Below are positions 10,682-24,396 of a stretch of 64,000 nucleotides of DNA, in pieces. A model generated the notes under the pieces. It was given only the letters and a program-made list of their open reading frames with translations. It was not told where the DNA came from and did no database searches. A program made the position numbers and the translations under genes. How positions within the stretch are numbered: position 1 is the stretch's first letter; each line of letters opens with the position of its first letter. Source of the DNA: Marsupella aquatica (taxonomy: Eukaryota; Plantae; Marchantiophyta); NCBI GenBank assembly GCA_973895155.1, contig OZ316898.1, positions 2,703,927 to 2,767,926 of the forward strand. The letters run 5' to 3'.

Positions 10682-12053
10682 TTTCCCGCCCACTTTGATA
10701 GGATGATTACGTCACTCATCGACGCACGCACTCCTCTTGCACCTCCTTTACCTCCACTTATGTTTGGTCGTGAGTCTTTTCCTTTTCCACACACCTACGA
10801 CATGGTTCCGATTTCTCGTGGTATTCTATGGCTACCTATCGACAAGCTGAGATTACCCACGATTGAGACTCCTGACCTTTGGAGTTGGGTTTATCATTGT
10901 AGAAAGGTCATAGCACCTTTCCCTCTTTCAGCTCCAGACATTCCATGGCCATCAGATTACTTTGTTTGGATCGGACCGGATGGACATCCCATTCGGAAGA
11001 CCAGTAAGCCTCGTTTGATTCGTTATCGTGAGGACCTTTTCCGTCGACAGTATTTGAAGGGACAGAGGACCAAAGGGAAGATAGCCCTTGGTTATGTAGC
11101 TCGCCTCCCTCTACTTGTAGTCGACCCTCCTCCTATTACAATATGAGATTAGTATTTTATTTTGTAGACTTTTACTTAGCTTTGACCATTTGACTATCCT
11201 TTAGTCAAAGTTGACTTTTACTTTACTTAGTTTAGACTTAGGAAATGAAGAGGCATGTCTCTTCATTCTCCTTAGCCTGTGGGCGATCTCATGTACTTAT
11301 TGTGATACCAGTCTCATTTTGAGACAGTGTGGATAGTTATTTGCATCTCCTCATCTTGGAGTTTTGTCCCTTGTACCTGTAATGCAATTTTGCAAGGAAG
11401 ATTTGCATACCTTGGAATTTGATTACTTGTGCTCGGAGTCTACCCCTCCTTCGTATGGTAATGCATGTTGCAATTATCATAAGAAGTAAAACCCATAAAA
11501 ATACAGTTTGTGGAATGTATTAGAAGATCCGTTGGTCAGTGCCTAATCCAAACTACAACATTTGTTGTCCATTTATGTATTTACATGAAGGACTTATCTT
11601 TGGAAGATAAGTATTGCATGAAATCAAGAAATAGAAATCTATATGATTAAAAAGTAGCAACATTCTTAATTCACGGATTTGAAGTACCATTGTGGTATAC
11701 TGAATGTGCATTAGTTTTTCTTTGGAATTGCGCATCGCTGAAGAAGGAAACATGTTGCCGGCATTTTAATGACACACTACTATACACACAATCTAAAACT
11801 TATCTTGGGTTTTGTGAGCATAAATACTTCTTAAACATAGATTTATGATAGAAACCTAGAGAGCAGTTATAGCAAAGTTATGTTTGACTTATCAACGTCT
11901 CAAATAATGCCATAGCTCTTTCTTAAGACATGGTGACGGAGTTAAATATTGCTAAACTATACCTCTAAAAACTTTAAGATTCTGTTATACAGCAAATGTC
12001 ACTTTGTTCTTATTTTATTAATTCCTTGTGTTTTGTTTAAGATTCTATTTTTC

Positions 12054-14759
12054 TTATAGATGTTGAATACCATCTCTAAACCACTCAAAACACTTTAATA
12101 TCTTTTCATCCCATTCTTGTTCTTCCACGGGAATGAACACCGAGTTTTTAGCATATATTCGATGATATTTGCTTTTGATAGCATACGACAGAACTTTTCC
12201 TGGATTTGCCATGTATCTGCTTACCTTGCTAACGGCATAAGCTATGTCTGGTCGGGTGCATACCATGAGATACATTAAACTACCCACAGCACTTTCATAA
12301 GGAACTTTGGACATCAAACTTTTTTCTGTCGCATCCGATGGACAAAATGCTGCAAAAATATTGAAATACTTTGCCAAAGGAACACTCACAGCCTTAGCAT
12401 CTGCCATGTTGAATTTTGAAAGTACCTTCTCTGCATATCTTTTTTGCGTCAGCCAAAGTTTGGCTTTGTTAACATCCTTGACAATCTCCATGCCTAGGAT
12501 CCTCTTGGCTGTGCCCAAATCCTTCATCTTAAACTCAGAACTGAGTTGGGCCTTAAGCTTATCAACTTTGCCCCTATCCTGTGCTGCAATGAGCATGTCA
12601 TCCACATAAAGTACAAGGATGACAAACTTAAAACCTATGTTGTTCACACGCCTTATGTAAACACATGGATCGTACACGCTTCGCACAAATCCAAGCGATT
12701 TCAAAAATTCATCAAAACGCTTGTTCCACTGCCTTGGGCTCTGCTTTAATCCATACAAGGATTTTAGCAATCTGCATACCAAATTTTCCTTGCCCTTTTG
12801 CACAAAACCCTCTGGTTGCCTCATGTAAATCACCTCATCCAACGATCCATATAAGAATGTCGTGACAACATCCATTTGATCTAAAACCAGATCAAATAAA
12901 ACTACAAGAGCACATAGCAAACGTATTGTTGAATACTTTGCTACAGGTGAAAAAACCTCATTGTAGTCTATACCTTTTTGTTGAGTAAAACCCTTGGCTA
13001 CCAACCGAGCCTTAAATATCTTCTCAGCATCCTCCGTGGGTCCATCTTTCTTCCTATACACCCACTTGCTGTCAACAGCCTGCTTGTCACTAGGTAGACT
13101 TGTGAGTTCCCAAGTCTTGTTATCATGAAGTGATTTCATTTCCATGCGCATCGCCGCCTGCCACTGTTGCTTCTTCATAGAAGCTAGGACCTGTCGAAAT
13201 GAGGATGGATCTCCATCTTCTGTCACCAATGCATCAATAGATTCTTCATCCAAATCCACTTGATCAGAAGGAAGCCAAGTTCCATACCTTTCCCGGGCTT
13301 GACGTTTGCGAGTTCCTCTTCGCACTGAAGACTCTGGCTGATCTGATTGCAGTGCGCTTTGCCTTATAGTAGTGTCAATATATTCTTCATTTGACACATC
13401 CTCTCCCCTTAAATCCTCTAGAGGAGGAGATTGCTCGTTGTTAGTAGTAGGGAATTGACCTATCTCCCCCTCCTTCAATGATTTGTCTTCATTGAAGGAT
13501 ACATCCTGACTAACAAGTAACTTGCAATCAACTGGATCCCACAATCGATATCCTTTAATGCCACGCTGATAACCAAGAAAAATGCATTTCTGGGCTCTAG
13601 GATCTAGCTTAGTCCTATTGTTGCTAGGAACATGTGCATATGCTTCACAGCCAAAAACCTTAAGCTTTGAATAATCAGCAGGTCGATTGTGCCATAGCTC
13701 AAAGGGGGTTTTGTATGTAATTGCCCGACTAGGAGAGAGATTTACTAGATAAGTAGCTATGTTGACAGCTTCTGCCCAAAAGATTTGTGGCAATTTAGAG
13801 TGGCTCAACATGCTCCTTGCTCGCTCCAACAATGTGCGGTTGAGTCGCTCAGTAACACCATTTTTCTTAGGAGTGTACACAGTTGTGAGATGGTGAGTAA
13901 TTCTCTTATTTGCACAATACGTGTTGAACTCACCAGAGGTGTATTCACCACCATTATCTGATCGTAGATATCTCACATTCTTTGCAGTCTGTGTCTCAAC
14001 TTGAGCTACCCATTGATTGAAGATGGAAAACACTTCAAACTTATGGGCAATAAAATAAATCCAAACAAACCTTGAGTAATCATCGATAAACGATACATAG
14101 TATTGTTTGCCTGAATGTGAGGAAATTGGAGCAGGACCCCACACATCAGAATGAATATACTCAAGTACAACTTTAGAATGATGAATGGCAGTCGGAAATG
14201 GAGTTCTTGTTTTCTTGCCGATAATGCAATGATCACAAAAACTCAACTTGCATGCTTGCAATCCTGGTAGGAGATGTCGCTTGTGTAGGATTTCCAAACT
14301 TTTTTCACTCATGTGACCAAGCCGAGCATGCCATAAATTGATTTTCTCCTCTTGAGATGTGACCAAATTGACTTCGGCAAGAAGTGTGGTGCCTTCCAAG
14401 ACATAGATGTTTCTTTTCCTCTTGCCAATAAGAACTTTAGTTGATCCATGCGTGACTGTTAACACCCCATCAGTTGCACTCCATTGATAACCCTTTGCAT
14501 CCAAGTAGCCAAGAGAAATCAAATTCTTACACATTTCTGGAATGTGTCTGACATTTGATAGAGTACAGTACTTGCCACCGGGTAGTTGAATCTTTACGGA
14601 TCCAATCCCTAAAACTTTGCAAGAATAATTATTTCCCATCAAAACAGATCCGTTGATAGGAGTGTAGGATGAGAAAAGTTCATGCATATAGCACATGTGA
14701 TACGAGCAAGCGGAATCCAAGATCCATTGACAATTCTCAACTTGGGAAGTGGTACACAA
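12054..14759 (-). pseudogene. pol: Copia pol (protease, integrase, reverse transcriptase), truncated before RNase H; last ~45 codons are read-through into unrelated DNA
   Basis: 901-codon ORF with canonical PR, INT and RT motifs. The RNase H motifs (YxDSDY, SWKS) are absent. Confidence 0.9.
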
Positions 14760-14815
14760 TGTAAATCCTTCACTATCCTCTTCTCAAACAACTACTTGGG
14801 CTGAAGAACGGTTTG

Positions 14816-15471
14816 TCAAACATCCCTTGATTTGCCTCTTTCTACCAACAGTGCTGTTGATGATGAGGTTGAGGTAGGATGAGCTGAAGAAACCAGCTTA
14901 GACTGCATGTCATCGGTCAACAGGGCACTCACCACATCATTGTAGGATATAGTTGTCTTATCACGGAATAGAAGAACTCGAGACAAAGATTGGTACGAAG
15001 GTGGTAGTGAGCTCAAGAGTTGTAAGGCTTTCTTTTCTTCCCTCAAATGCTCCCCCAAATTCTCTAGGTCAACCACAAGATCATTGAACTGATCGATATG
15101 ATCTTGAATCTTGACTCCATCAACCATTTTGAATTGCATGAGCTTCAGACTTGCATACATTCGGTTTGACATCTCCTTCTTGTAGTACTTGTTGCGCAAT
15201 GCTTGAAACAAGTTCGTCACCGTTTGTGTTGCTTTTTCCTTGAATTGCTTCTTCACATTGTTTTTCAGGTACATGCCAACAATACTTACCGCTTGATCCT
15301 GGAGATCATGCCAATCATCATCTTCCATCTCCTTGGGTTGAGATCTTAGTACCTTGCCTAGGCCCATCGCCCTAAGTGCATCCCTCACGTTACGTTCCCA
15401 CATTGTATAGTCCATCCGACCATCAAATTTTTCACCTCAAACCTTTGACCTCCAATCCTAGTAGTCGCCAT
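14816..15471 (-). pseudogene. gag: Copia gag (frameshift near 15432, zinc knuckle apparently deleted)
   Basis: MATTRIGGQRFEVK, 1-nt frameshift, then FDGRMDYTMW...FKMVDG..IQDHIDQFN..LLSSLPPSY. No CCHC knuckle is seen before the protease. Confidence 0.85.
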
Positions 15472-16592
15472 CGCTGGAATGCCAAATGTAGTGTGGAGTC
15501 GCCTTTCGACAAGAAATAAATGTCGAATGCTTAGATGTGGGGTGTGAAAATAAGGCCAAAATTGAAAGTTGATGAATTTTGAAACTGATCACTCCTATGT
15601 GTAGCCCACAAGGTAACTCTCCGAATTCTGAAAACGGTTTGTCAAATGGGCTCTCGAGTGCCGAGAATTTTTACTCCGACCGGGAATCTCTCATGTCAAA
15701 GATTCCACTAGTATACTTTTTCAGAATTGAACGCACCAATACTTGCCTAGCTTCCCCAAGTACGCCTCTCCAAAAGTTGAAGTTGATCCGATTTTATTTG
15801 CCGCTCGAAATCTTTGACCTTCGGTAAAAATTTAAGCCTCCAGAAAAGAATCTTTTCGGGAAATTCTGTCCGCCCTTGTATAGCCCTTGTGGGGGACTTC
15901 ACAGGGGGCACTTCCCCCTGCCCGAGCCCTGTCGAGCCCTAAAAGGCCTCCTCGAAGTTTTCGACCTCCTCGCACGTCCGTGGAAGTCGCGACTACTCGC
16001 GGCAAAAAGTACCCCTCGGCGGATTCACTAAAATTCCCGTCTCAGTTTTTGACAAAATTCAATTTTGATTTCAGATTCAGAAACTAGACTTCGAGGGCAT
16101 CAAGATTGATATAAAGAACTCGCAAAATGGTGGAGTAATGAGGGAGAAACAATTCGGTGAAAGTGACTGATATTAAGTTATCCGCCATAGCCAAAATTTC
16201 GAGCTCAAAAAACAAGAATTGAAATTAAGATTGCTTCTCAACCGTTTGACGGAATTCAACGATGTTGATATCGAAACGTCTAGAAAGACAAGGCGCTCAA
16301 GCGTATCTCAGTTTCAAGTCCTGATAGAACAATCAAAAAGACTGATCTGAGAAATTGACCTTATCTCTTGCCCGATAACGTAAATTGAAAACCGTCACTT
16401 ACAATTGTTTCCGTTTCTGACCTCAGGCCTTCATTGCTTCACTGAAATGAGCCCCTGGTTGTGTGCTCCACACTTGTGAGAAGATTGAGTCCGATCTTCT
16501 TTCAATAGCTCCGCTTCGAAGAGGAAATCATCCGCTGTTCGCTTTGCTTGAAGCAAGTTCTATGGAGTTCCTAATCGACTAAAAAAATCTGA

Positions 16593-16604
16593 GCTCTGAT
16601 ACCA
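16593..16604 (-). promoter_or_regulatory. Primer-binding site complementary to the 3' end of initiator tRNA-Met
   Basis: TGGTATCAGAGC on the minus strand. Confidence 0.92.
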
Positions 16605-16606
16605 AT

Positions 16607-16916
16607 TGTGGGGAGAAATCAGATCAGGAAAAACACTCCAAACATACACGTGCTCAATAGTTACGTGGTTCGCCTCAAGGTTGGCTACTACGTCCACGGG
16701 AAGACCAAGCTTTATTAACGGTTATGTGTCTACTCAAGCATCACCATAGTTCTCATCTCTTGCTATATCACTGTGTTCTCTCTTGAGAACTCTCTTGTGT
16801 GTTCTCACACCACATAGAAGTTGAAGAGATAAGGACCAACTCTTCAACTAGGGTTTACTCTAACCCTAGTTAACATACTAACCATAGTTCAACCCAAGAC
16901 TGAGTTAACCTCTACA
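16607..16916 (-). repeat. Putative 5' LTR of the copia element (~310 bp)
   Basis: Ends in CA 2 nt before the PBS. The outer TG boundary (TGTAGAGG on - strand) is inferred because there is no second LTR to compare. Confidence 0.6.
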
Positions 16917-19310
16917 GAACCTAGAACCCTGAGGTCCCAGGTTCAATTCCCCCTCCACATGCAAGGGTTGTGGAGGGTGAGTGTGTGGGTGGGGTGTTAT
17001 GGTGGGAGTCCTGGTTTCTCCTCAACCTTGGTTTGTTTTGGGTGGTTTCTCCTCAACCTTGGTTTGTTTTGGGGCTCTGGTCCAACCCTCTCCTCTCCTT
17101 GTACTGACCCCCCTCGTGGGCTACCCTACAAAGGTGCATGCTCAGGAGTTGGATGTCTCTCCTCTGTTGGATGGGTCAGATTTTGGTATTCAAGGATTTT
17201 TTTTCTTCCTTTCTAAGTGATGATCCTGGTCTTCTGGACGTCCATTGCATGTATATTGTCCCCCTTGTTTTTATAGAATTGGATACCCACAGCACAAAAG
17301 AATTACTTATGTTCAGTAGTCGTCTCTTCCCTGAACACCTTTTTGTAAATTTTGTGTTGTTTTATTTTAAAGTGGAGAAGGAAGCGGCTTTTCTGACTAC
17401 TTTTGCTGGTGACCTTTCAGCTGAGAAGTCTTTTCAAAAAGAGGTCTGTTGGAGGAGAAGTAAGTGAAAAGGTCCCTCTCAGTCTCAGAAGTTGGGGCCG
17501 ACTCAGTTGGTCTTGGCAGAGTAAACACTTTTTTTTGTAGTAGTACCGCAATTTTAGGGTGGAAGACACGGATCACTTCACTTTCACTTGTGTTGATTTG
17601 ATCTTCCAGCATCAAGTCCCAGAGTGAAGTTGAAAGCTGGAAAACCTCAAAACACTTTATACTTCAAAGATCTTTCTGAGCTCTTAAAAAATCAGTTCTC
17701 TGCATGAACAATATGATTGTGATAGTGGAAGTCAGGCAATTGAATTGGTAAGGTGTTACCGCTGAATTGGAACGCTCGGAACTTTTTAAAATTAATAATT
17801 GTACCCCAACCAGCCTGGTAACATAAGCAAAAGGACGACAAATTTTTGGTTCCTGATCCAACTCATCAGAGTTATACATAAAATAATGATGGGATGGAAA
17901 GACCAGTGACAGCCCAAACTTTGATTAACCTTCTAAGAATCACCCCTCACACAGCTAAGTCATGAAACTGAGGGTGAGGTAACAAAGAGCTCTCTTGCTA
18001 ATAACGGAACCAGCTCTCTCGATCAGGAAGTTGTCACGTTGTCTGGAAGCTTGGCGAATTAATTAGGGTGAAGCACCTCTGGGAGTCAGGCCTTCTTGAA
18101 ATTTGAGTCTGTATTATAAATGTGAATTACTGAAGCTGGGTTCGAATGTTAACTCAACCTGAATTTGAGAGAAAATAATGTTATACTCACATGGGATTGA
18201 GCACTTGAAAACTCTGTTGATTAATCCAAAATTAACTCAACCCCACGGAGGCCGACTCATGGGCCCTGGCAAGCTAGTGCTCGAGATGTCTTCAATATCC
18301 TTCTCTGAGCTCGCTTGAACAGAACCAACCCGGGATGATGACTGAATAGACCATGCTTCCCTGCCACACGCAAGTACTACTGTAGGTGTTTTAGAAGTGG
18401 GCCAACGCTATGAAAGGAACTAAAATCATTAGATGAGACATACAAGAAAGGCTCTACCACTTTGTTGAAGATGATTCCCAGTTTTTTTGAAGTTCAAAAG
18501 TTGTCTAATAGAAAAATGATATGTCGGGAGTACTTCAAAAGTGGAGCAAGCACTAGGCCAGGAAAAGTGAGCGGAGTACATCAAAAACTAGTTTATTCTT
18601 GCTATAAGGTGGTTCAATTAAACGATATGTCGGGAGTACTTGAAAAGTGGAGCAACTAAAGGTACTTTTCAACAACTTTCTTTTTGGGGAAGGTTCTCTA
18701 CTTTCTATATACAATTAATACCACAGGGAGTGAGGAGTGTACAAATAAGGTAGTAGGGAGTTTAATTTTCCCTCACACCCCTGTATAGGTACTAGGGAGT
18801 ATAATTTTCCCTCACACCCCTCTATTCTGACAGTAAAGTGCAACATTCTTATTGGCTCTAAAATCAAAACTAATATATTTAAAATATTGTGAACACCGTG
18901 AATTTGGGCCCCAGTGGGTGTAAAAGGGAGTGATCCTATTCCTTGCCCCTGGCCCATGGAACGTAGCCCTCAGCCATATAAATCTCGCTGTGTTAGATCG
19001 TCTAATCCATGGTATCCATGGTGAAAACGATTGCAAGGTCATAATTAAACTAAAAAAGGAAATGGCTTTGTAGTTTGGACGGACAATAGATATTTATGAT
19101 CAAAATTCTCATCGATTCAATGAAAATTGCACACCTTGATAACTTGATTTGAGATTCAGGCTACCAATTCTCGGCTTTCACCTCATCCTTCTTTCTCCAA
19201 GGTACTCATCTATTAGCATGAAACTTCGTTACACCTCAAGGTATAGAATTACTGTTATGTAGATTCTAGTCCAGCATTTTCAGGTCAAGCAATTGTTTGT
19301 GATCATCGCC

Positions 19311-20722
19311 ATGGGACAACTTGACAGCCAACCAAAGGTGGAGTCTGCAAAACTGCAGCAGCATGATGGGCAGTATACTCCAGAAACGCTCCTCAAGAAG
19401 AGTGTTCCGATTGTGGACTTTGCTGGCATAGACGGGCCAGAACACACGAGGATATGTCAGCAGATTGCAGAGGCTTGCGAGACTTGGGGCTTTTTCCACT
19501 TGATCAATCATGGAGTTGACCAGTCTCTGCTTAAGAAAGCGAAGGACGTGACGTGGGAGTTCTTTCATGGCCCCGAGGAGGAGAAATCGAAGATCAAAGC
19601 TCAGGTACTTGAAGGTTGGAGGCATTCCAAAAATTTAGTGAAAGGAAATAATCTGGTACAGAAGGATACGGTTGAGCATGTGTACCACGTTTGTCATCCA
19701 GAACGACAATATGCCGATCGATTTTTTCCACAGCAACCGCCATCGTATAGGTATCACCTCCAATCCTAGCTGATAAAAATAATGGGCAACTTTGTCGATT
19801 CTGGACATCAATTCTGAAGACAATCAAACCAGAAATCAGAATTGATGACGAGTTACAACTTGAAAATTGGAACTCTTTGCAACGTGATCACTCTGTCTGA
19901 CCAGTTGATTCATTGAGCTGCATTAAGCTCATTGTCAAATGTTTGATACCTTGATTCAACAGATCTACAATATTGGACTACACGAAACGGCTACAGTTTC
20001 TGGGTGAGAAACTGCTATGTATACTTTCAGAAATGCTAGGTCTCGCGCCTGAAGCGTTACAGACCGCCCTGATTCGTGGCACCGCCAGCCAAGGCGTCCT
20101 GATTAGTATGAGGTCCAATTTCTATGGAATGAACCAAGATGGGGAAGCACTTCCAAATCTTTGCCACGCACACAACGATCTTGGCTTTCTTTCGTTTTTA
20201 CTTGCCGACGAGGCTCCGGGACTGGAAATCCGAAAGGATGGGCATTGGGTAAAAGTCGATCCCATACCCGGTGGTTTGATTGTTAACGTCGCCGACACGC
20301 TCGAGGTAAGTTCCCTTTGCTTGTTTCGGATTCATTTGGGTGCACCAAATCTGACATGTTGTGCCAATTAATTAAAGTTTAGAAACAGCTTTGTGGATTT
20401 TATCAGTTCACCGCAATTCATATGATCAGGAGACCTGCATGCAATGAGCTGACGCATCTGATTTGACGGAAAACAGGTCTGCAGTAACGGCCGTTACAAG
20501 AGCGTTTACCACCGGGGACTGCCCTGCAGTAAGCGAGAGCGGCTAACATTGGCAAATCTTCAGATGCCCGAGATGGATGCAGTGATTGGTCCCATTCCGT
20601 CGCTCTTGGATGAAAGCCATCCTCCGAAGTACAGAGCTTTCAAATATTCAGAATGTGTGCTAGCACGTATGGAACGTGGTCTGGACGGCACACTTGGATT
20701 AGATAAATACAAACTTTTATAG
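19311..20722 (+). CDS. 2-oxoglutarate/Fe(II)-dependent dioxygenase (DOXC class), copy 1; exons 19311-19750, 19963-20305, 20477-20722
   Basis: DIOX_N motifs VPIVDF and ACETWGFFHLINHGV. Fe ligands HND and YHR. SNGRYKSVYHR. RLT at the RxS site. GT-AG introns in phase. Confidence 0.92.
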
Positions 20723-22099
20723 AAAATGTCCAATAGCTTAGACAATACGTCTGTCACTGTTAATTCGATTTCATTAATTCTCTAGTTACGACATAGCTCG
20801 CAAATCTGAGTAGGTACTGTCTCCCGCTTCAAGCCGGACCCAGATCATGCGACAGATTTGTAATACGGTGTACAGATTCCATTGCCGTCGACTAATCTAC
20901 ATGTGTACCACTCTACATGTTTCTCAATGTATGATTTGTTATTACACGACAGTGTTGTGTGCAGCACTCAAGTAGATCACTTTCTTCACATCGTGTATAT
21001 GACCGATGATATTTCGTGATTGTTGTAAGCTGTCCATATGTCGTCGTCGCTGAAGTTAATCTTGCAGCAGACTTTATTGATCGAGCGAGCGAGGCAGGTC
21101 AGCGGGAGCCGCGCAGTGTGATCGTAAAACAGAGGGTCCACATGATGATATTTCGTTGATTTGGAGTCGGGCTGTCCCATCGGTGTAGCTCCCTAGCTCG
21201 GAAGACGTGATTGAAAGTGTCGTCGATCAGGTCGCTGAGCATTGCTTTGAAGCTACCAATAATATAGGAGCCCTCAATCAAGAACTATAATAGAAGGTTA
21301 ATTTTTTTTATGCAAGGGTCCTCATTCAAATTTGGAATAATTTTTGGGGTGAAAAAAATAGAAACTGCAAAAAGGGGAAGAACAAATGAATTATATTTGG
21401 AAAGTGACTGCAAAAAGGGGAAGAACAAATGAATTATATTTGGAAAGTGACTGAAAAAGTGAATGTACTCAATCAAGAACTATAATATAAGGTTGCACCT
21501 TTTATGTAGTGATAAGTGAATGTACTAAATCAATAACTATAATACAATGTTGCACTTTTTATGCATTGATCTTTAGTCATTCAAATAGTTTTTGGGGTGA
21601 AAAAAAAGAAACTGCAAAAAACAAAAGCAATAAAGAACAAATGAATTATATTTGGTGTGAATGAAAAATGAAAAAGTCAATGCACGTGTCCCCAATCTAG
21701 AAGGAAACAAAAAAGTCTTTTACCATCCATGTATACAAATTATATGCTCTTCCTTCTACTATCCACATTATACCATGCCTCTCCCTCTACCATCCATATT
21801 ATCTCTTAACTCCTTTTACCATCCATGCAATACCATGTTCTTCCCTCTACCATCCATGCAATATCATCCATACATATAGAGCTACAAATTGATAGTAGTT
21901 TAATTGCAAATATGACATACTCAATCAAGTAGGGCATAATCTAATCAATGAGAGAAAAAGAAACCAAAAAGTAATAAAAAAGAGGGAACCAAAGGGGGGG
22001 GGGCGGGGGGAGGGGTTGGTTTCGGGTGGTTTGTTGAGCTTAGAAAGGAAAAAAATGACAAAAGCAAAGAGAAAAATCATTGTCACTGTGTTATACTTT

Positions 22100-22970
22100 G
22101 ATGGTTGATATCGCTTCTCTTTTGAATCATGATATCTTTTACTCAACAACATCTATGCAATGAGATCTTTCTAATAAACAAAATCTTTTACTCAAGCTAT
22201 CTTTAGCAACATGATAATTTTTCTTAACTACATCTTTAGCACAACCTCATCTGTTATGCATTGACATCTTTTGGCAAACAATATGCATTGTTTAGTAAAT
22301 CAAATGCAAGGGCATTTTGGGTAAAAAACAAAAACAAAGAAAATGACTCGCTCCTTCTCTCCTTGACTTTTACTTCATAACATCTTTCCCATAATGACAA
22401 CTTGGGTGAAACGACATTTTTTTTTTATAACATCTTTTGCTTCACAATATCTTTGACAAAATGATACATTTTTCTTATTAACATCTTTCACATACTAGTA
22501 TCTTTGGCAAAACGACTTCTTTTTTATTATTTAACGAAATCTTTTTATTTCATGACATCTTTCACATAACAACATCTTGAGCAACACGACATTTTTTTTC
22601 TTAACAACATCTTTTGTGCAATGCACGAGTATTTTCCCTCAACAATGTCTTGGCCGACACGACATCTTTTTCTTAATGACATCTTGGTCAACATGACAAT
22701 TTCTTTCTTGACTACATCTTGGCTGACATGACATTTTTTTCTCGACAACTTCTTGGCCGACACGACACATTTTTTCTCAATAACCTCCTGGCCGACACAA
22801 CATCTTTTTTTCTCAACGACCCTTGGTTGACACGACATCTTTTTTCTCCACGACCTCTTGGCCGACATGACATATTTTCTCTCAACTATCTCTTGACCGA
22901 AATGACATGAATTCTTTTTTAACTACATCTTGGTCTATTTGACTTCTTTTGTGCAATGCATGGGTATTAT
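22100..22970. repeat. Degenerate ~40-bp tandem array (acatcttggccgacacgacattttttt); related sequence at ~34900-35230 and, inverted, at ~26450-26720
   Basis: Recurrent ACATCTT/GACATTTTTT units. The arrays at 22970 and 35230 share the terminal tgcaatgcatggg motif. Confidence 0.65.
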
Positions 22971-24396
22971 TTGGCCTTTGATTTGGCTGCTGGCCTTTGT
23001 GTAGGAGCTATGGAGGTCTTCAGATGAGGGTGGCGAATGATAATGACGCGAATGGAATCAGGAGCAGAGGTCAATGCCAAGCATCCGTTTCAGCTCCCTA
23101 CAGCCCACCATATGGATGGTTGACTGTACCACAGACAACAGCTCAAAGAGATCTACCACGCAGTGATCGACAGCTTTGCGCATCATTCGGGAGGATTGGA
23201 CATAAACCGGGTGTGAATGTCCCACTTTTTTATAACTGCTGTGGACACAGTTACGCTTTAGAACATTACGACAGCAATAGAAACGCAGTACTAGCAGGAA
23301 ATCAATTCGAGCAAGTGTCCTTTGGATAGTTTTGTTGCTGAAGGTGGAGTGCTGAAATTTGGGTCAGAGACTCGAAGACTATGCCAGAGTGTACCTTAAT
23401 GGCTGCATGTAAACAGGAAGTCCAACGTAGACTCCCTGCCTGGACGTCTTGAAGCTGCGAAGTTGGAATCGAATTCTTTCTTCAAATTCATGTAAAATGG
23501 AATGCTTTTGTCAGATGCAGGCGGATATGGGTTCAGCTCTTGACAGAGGGAGAAAATTGTAAAAGTCATCACAGAATTAGTCTCCCATCACCATGAACCT
23601 GATGATTGATTTGGTTGCGTGATTTAAATGAAAAGATCATTGTCTAGGATCAGAATTAGCATCGAATCAAGCAGAACAATTTTAGCAGAGTTTACACACA
23701 TAATCCCCCAAAAGTGAGGTTCAGACGCCTCTAGTGAGTAGTGACATTCAGACTTTTTTTCATTCCGGTCATAAATACTAAAATCCAAAAGAGATACAGA
23801 ACACTATTAAATAGTGAACTTACAACTTACTCATAGAAATGAGTAAAGTAGTAAACCCTGCCAGACCCCTACCTGGCCAACCGAGGTGGGTGATCGACCT
23901 GACGGGCCGTCCTAGGTGAATAGCAATAGTACCCTACTACGGAAACTCTCCCATTGACCCACGATAGCACCCTCGTACACGTAGGGTGGCTTTACAAGCG
24001 TCACTTCTGACTTCTTTTGGGCTAAAAGCTAAGTGCAAGCTAGAGTTGGGTCTAGGCTTCGAGAGTGAAGTGAGAGTGAAGTCCCTAGAGCCTGACTCTA
24101 GGGCCCCACCAGATATATGTCTATGATCAAGATTCCCCACATGATCGTTTCAATAGAACTAGCGCCGGCACCTTTAATTCCATCCGATTTGAGATTCAAG
24201 CTCCCAATTCTCGGTTTCAACTCCATTTCGTCACTTCATCCTAGTTTCATTCTCCGAGCTACTGTTAGTATCGATCTACCAGCACCACACTTCGTTTTAT
24301 CTCTACGATATAGAGTTTCTACTATGTAGGTTCTAGTCTTGCAGCAGTTTCAGTGCTTTGCCAATCGAATTCAAAGCGCCTCGAAAAGCGAACGCA

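Larger units (their letters stand above)
3..11146 (+). pseudogene. Proline-rich ORF split by the CACTA insertion (3-401 + 10685-11146), function unknown, possibly from another TE
   Basis: Removing the element and one TSD copy joins ...DIEPLFVF (TTT codon at 399-401) in frame to PAHFDRMITSLIDARTPLAPPLPP... The ORF may begin upstream of the window. Confidence 0.7.
12191..16916 (-). mobile_element. Ty1/copia LTR retrotransposon (Tnt1/Tork-like), 3'-truncated: 5' LTR, PBS, gag, PR-INT-RT; no RNase H or 3' LTR
   Basis: PBS TGGTATCAGAGC at 16604-16593, next to a putative TG..CA LTR at ~16916-16607. gag FEVK.FDGRMDYTMW, protease WILDSACSYHM, integrase HARLGH/HSDVWGP/LRSDNGGEY, RT KARLVAKGF/LYGLKQSPRQW/LYVDDM. 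Homology stops at YMANPGKV. Confidence 0.93.

Noticed and set aside
16849-16870. Telomere-like AGGGTTT/AACCCTAG motifs
   Set aside because: Only one or two units inside the LTR (telo-box-like), not an interstitial telomeric array.
22545-22910. Cys/Lys-rich ORFs
   Set aside because: They are translations of the degenerate tandem array, not genes.
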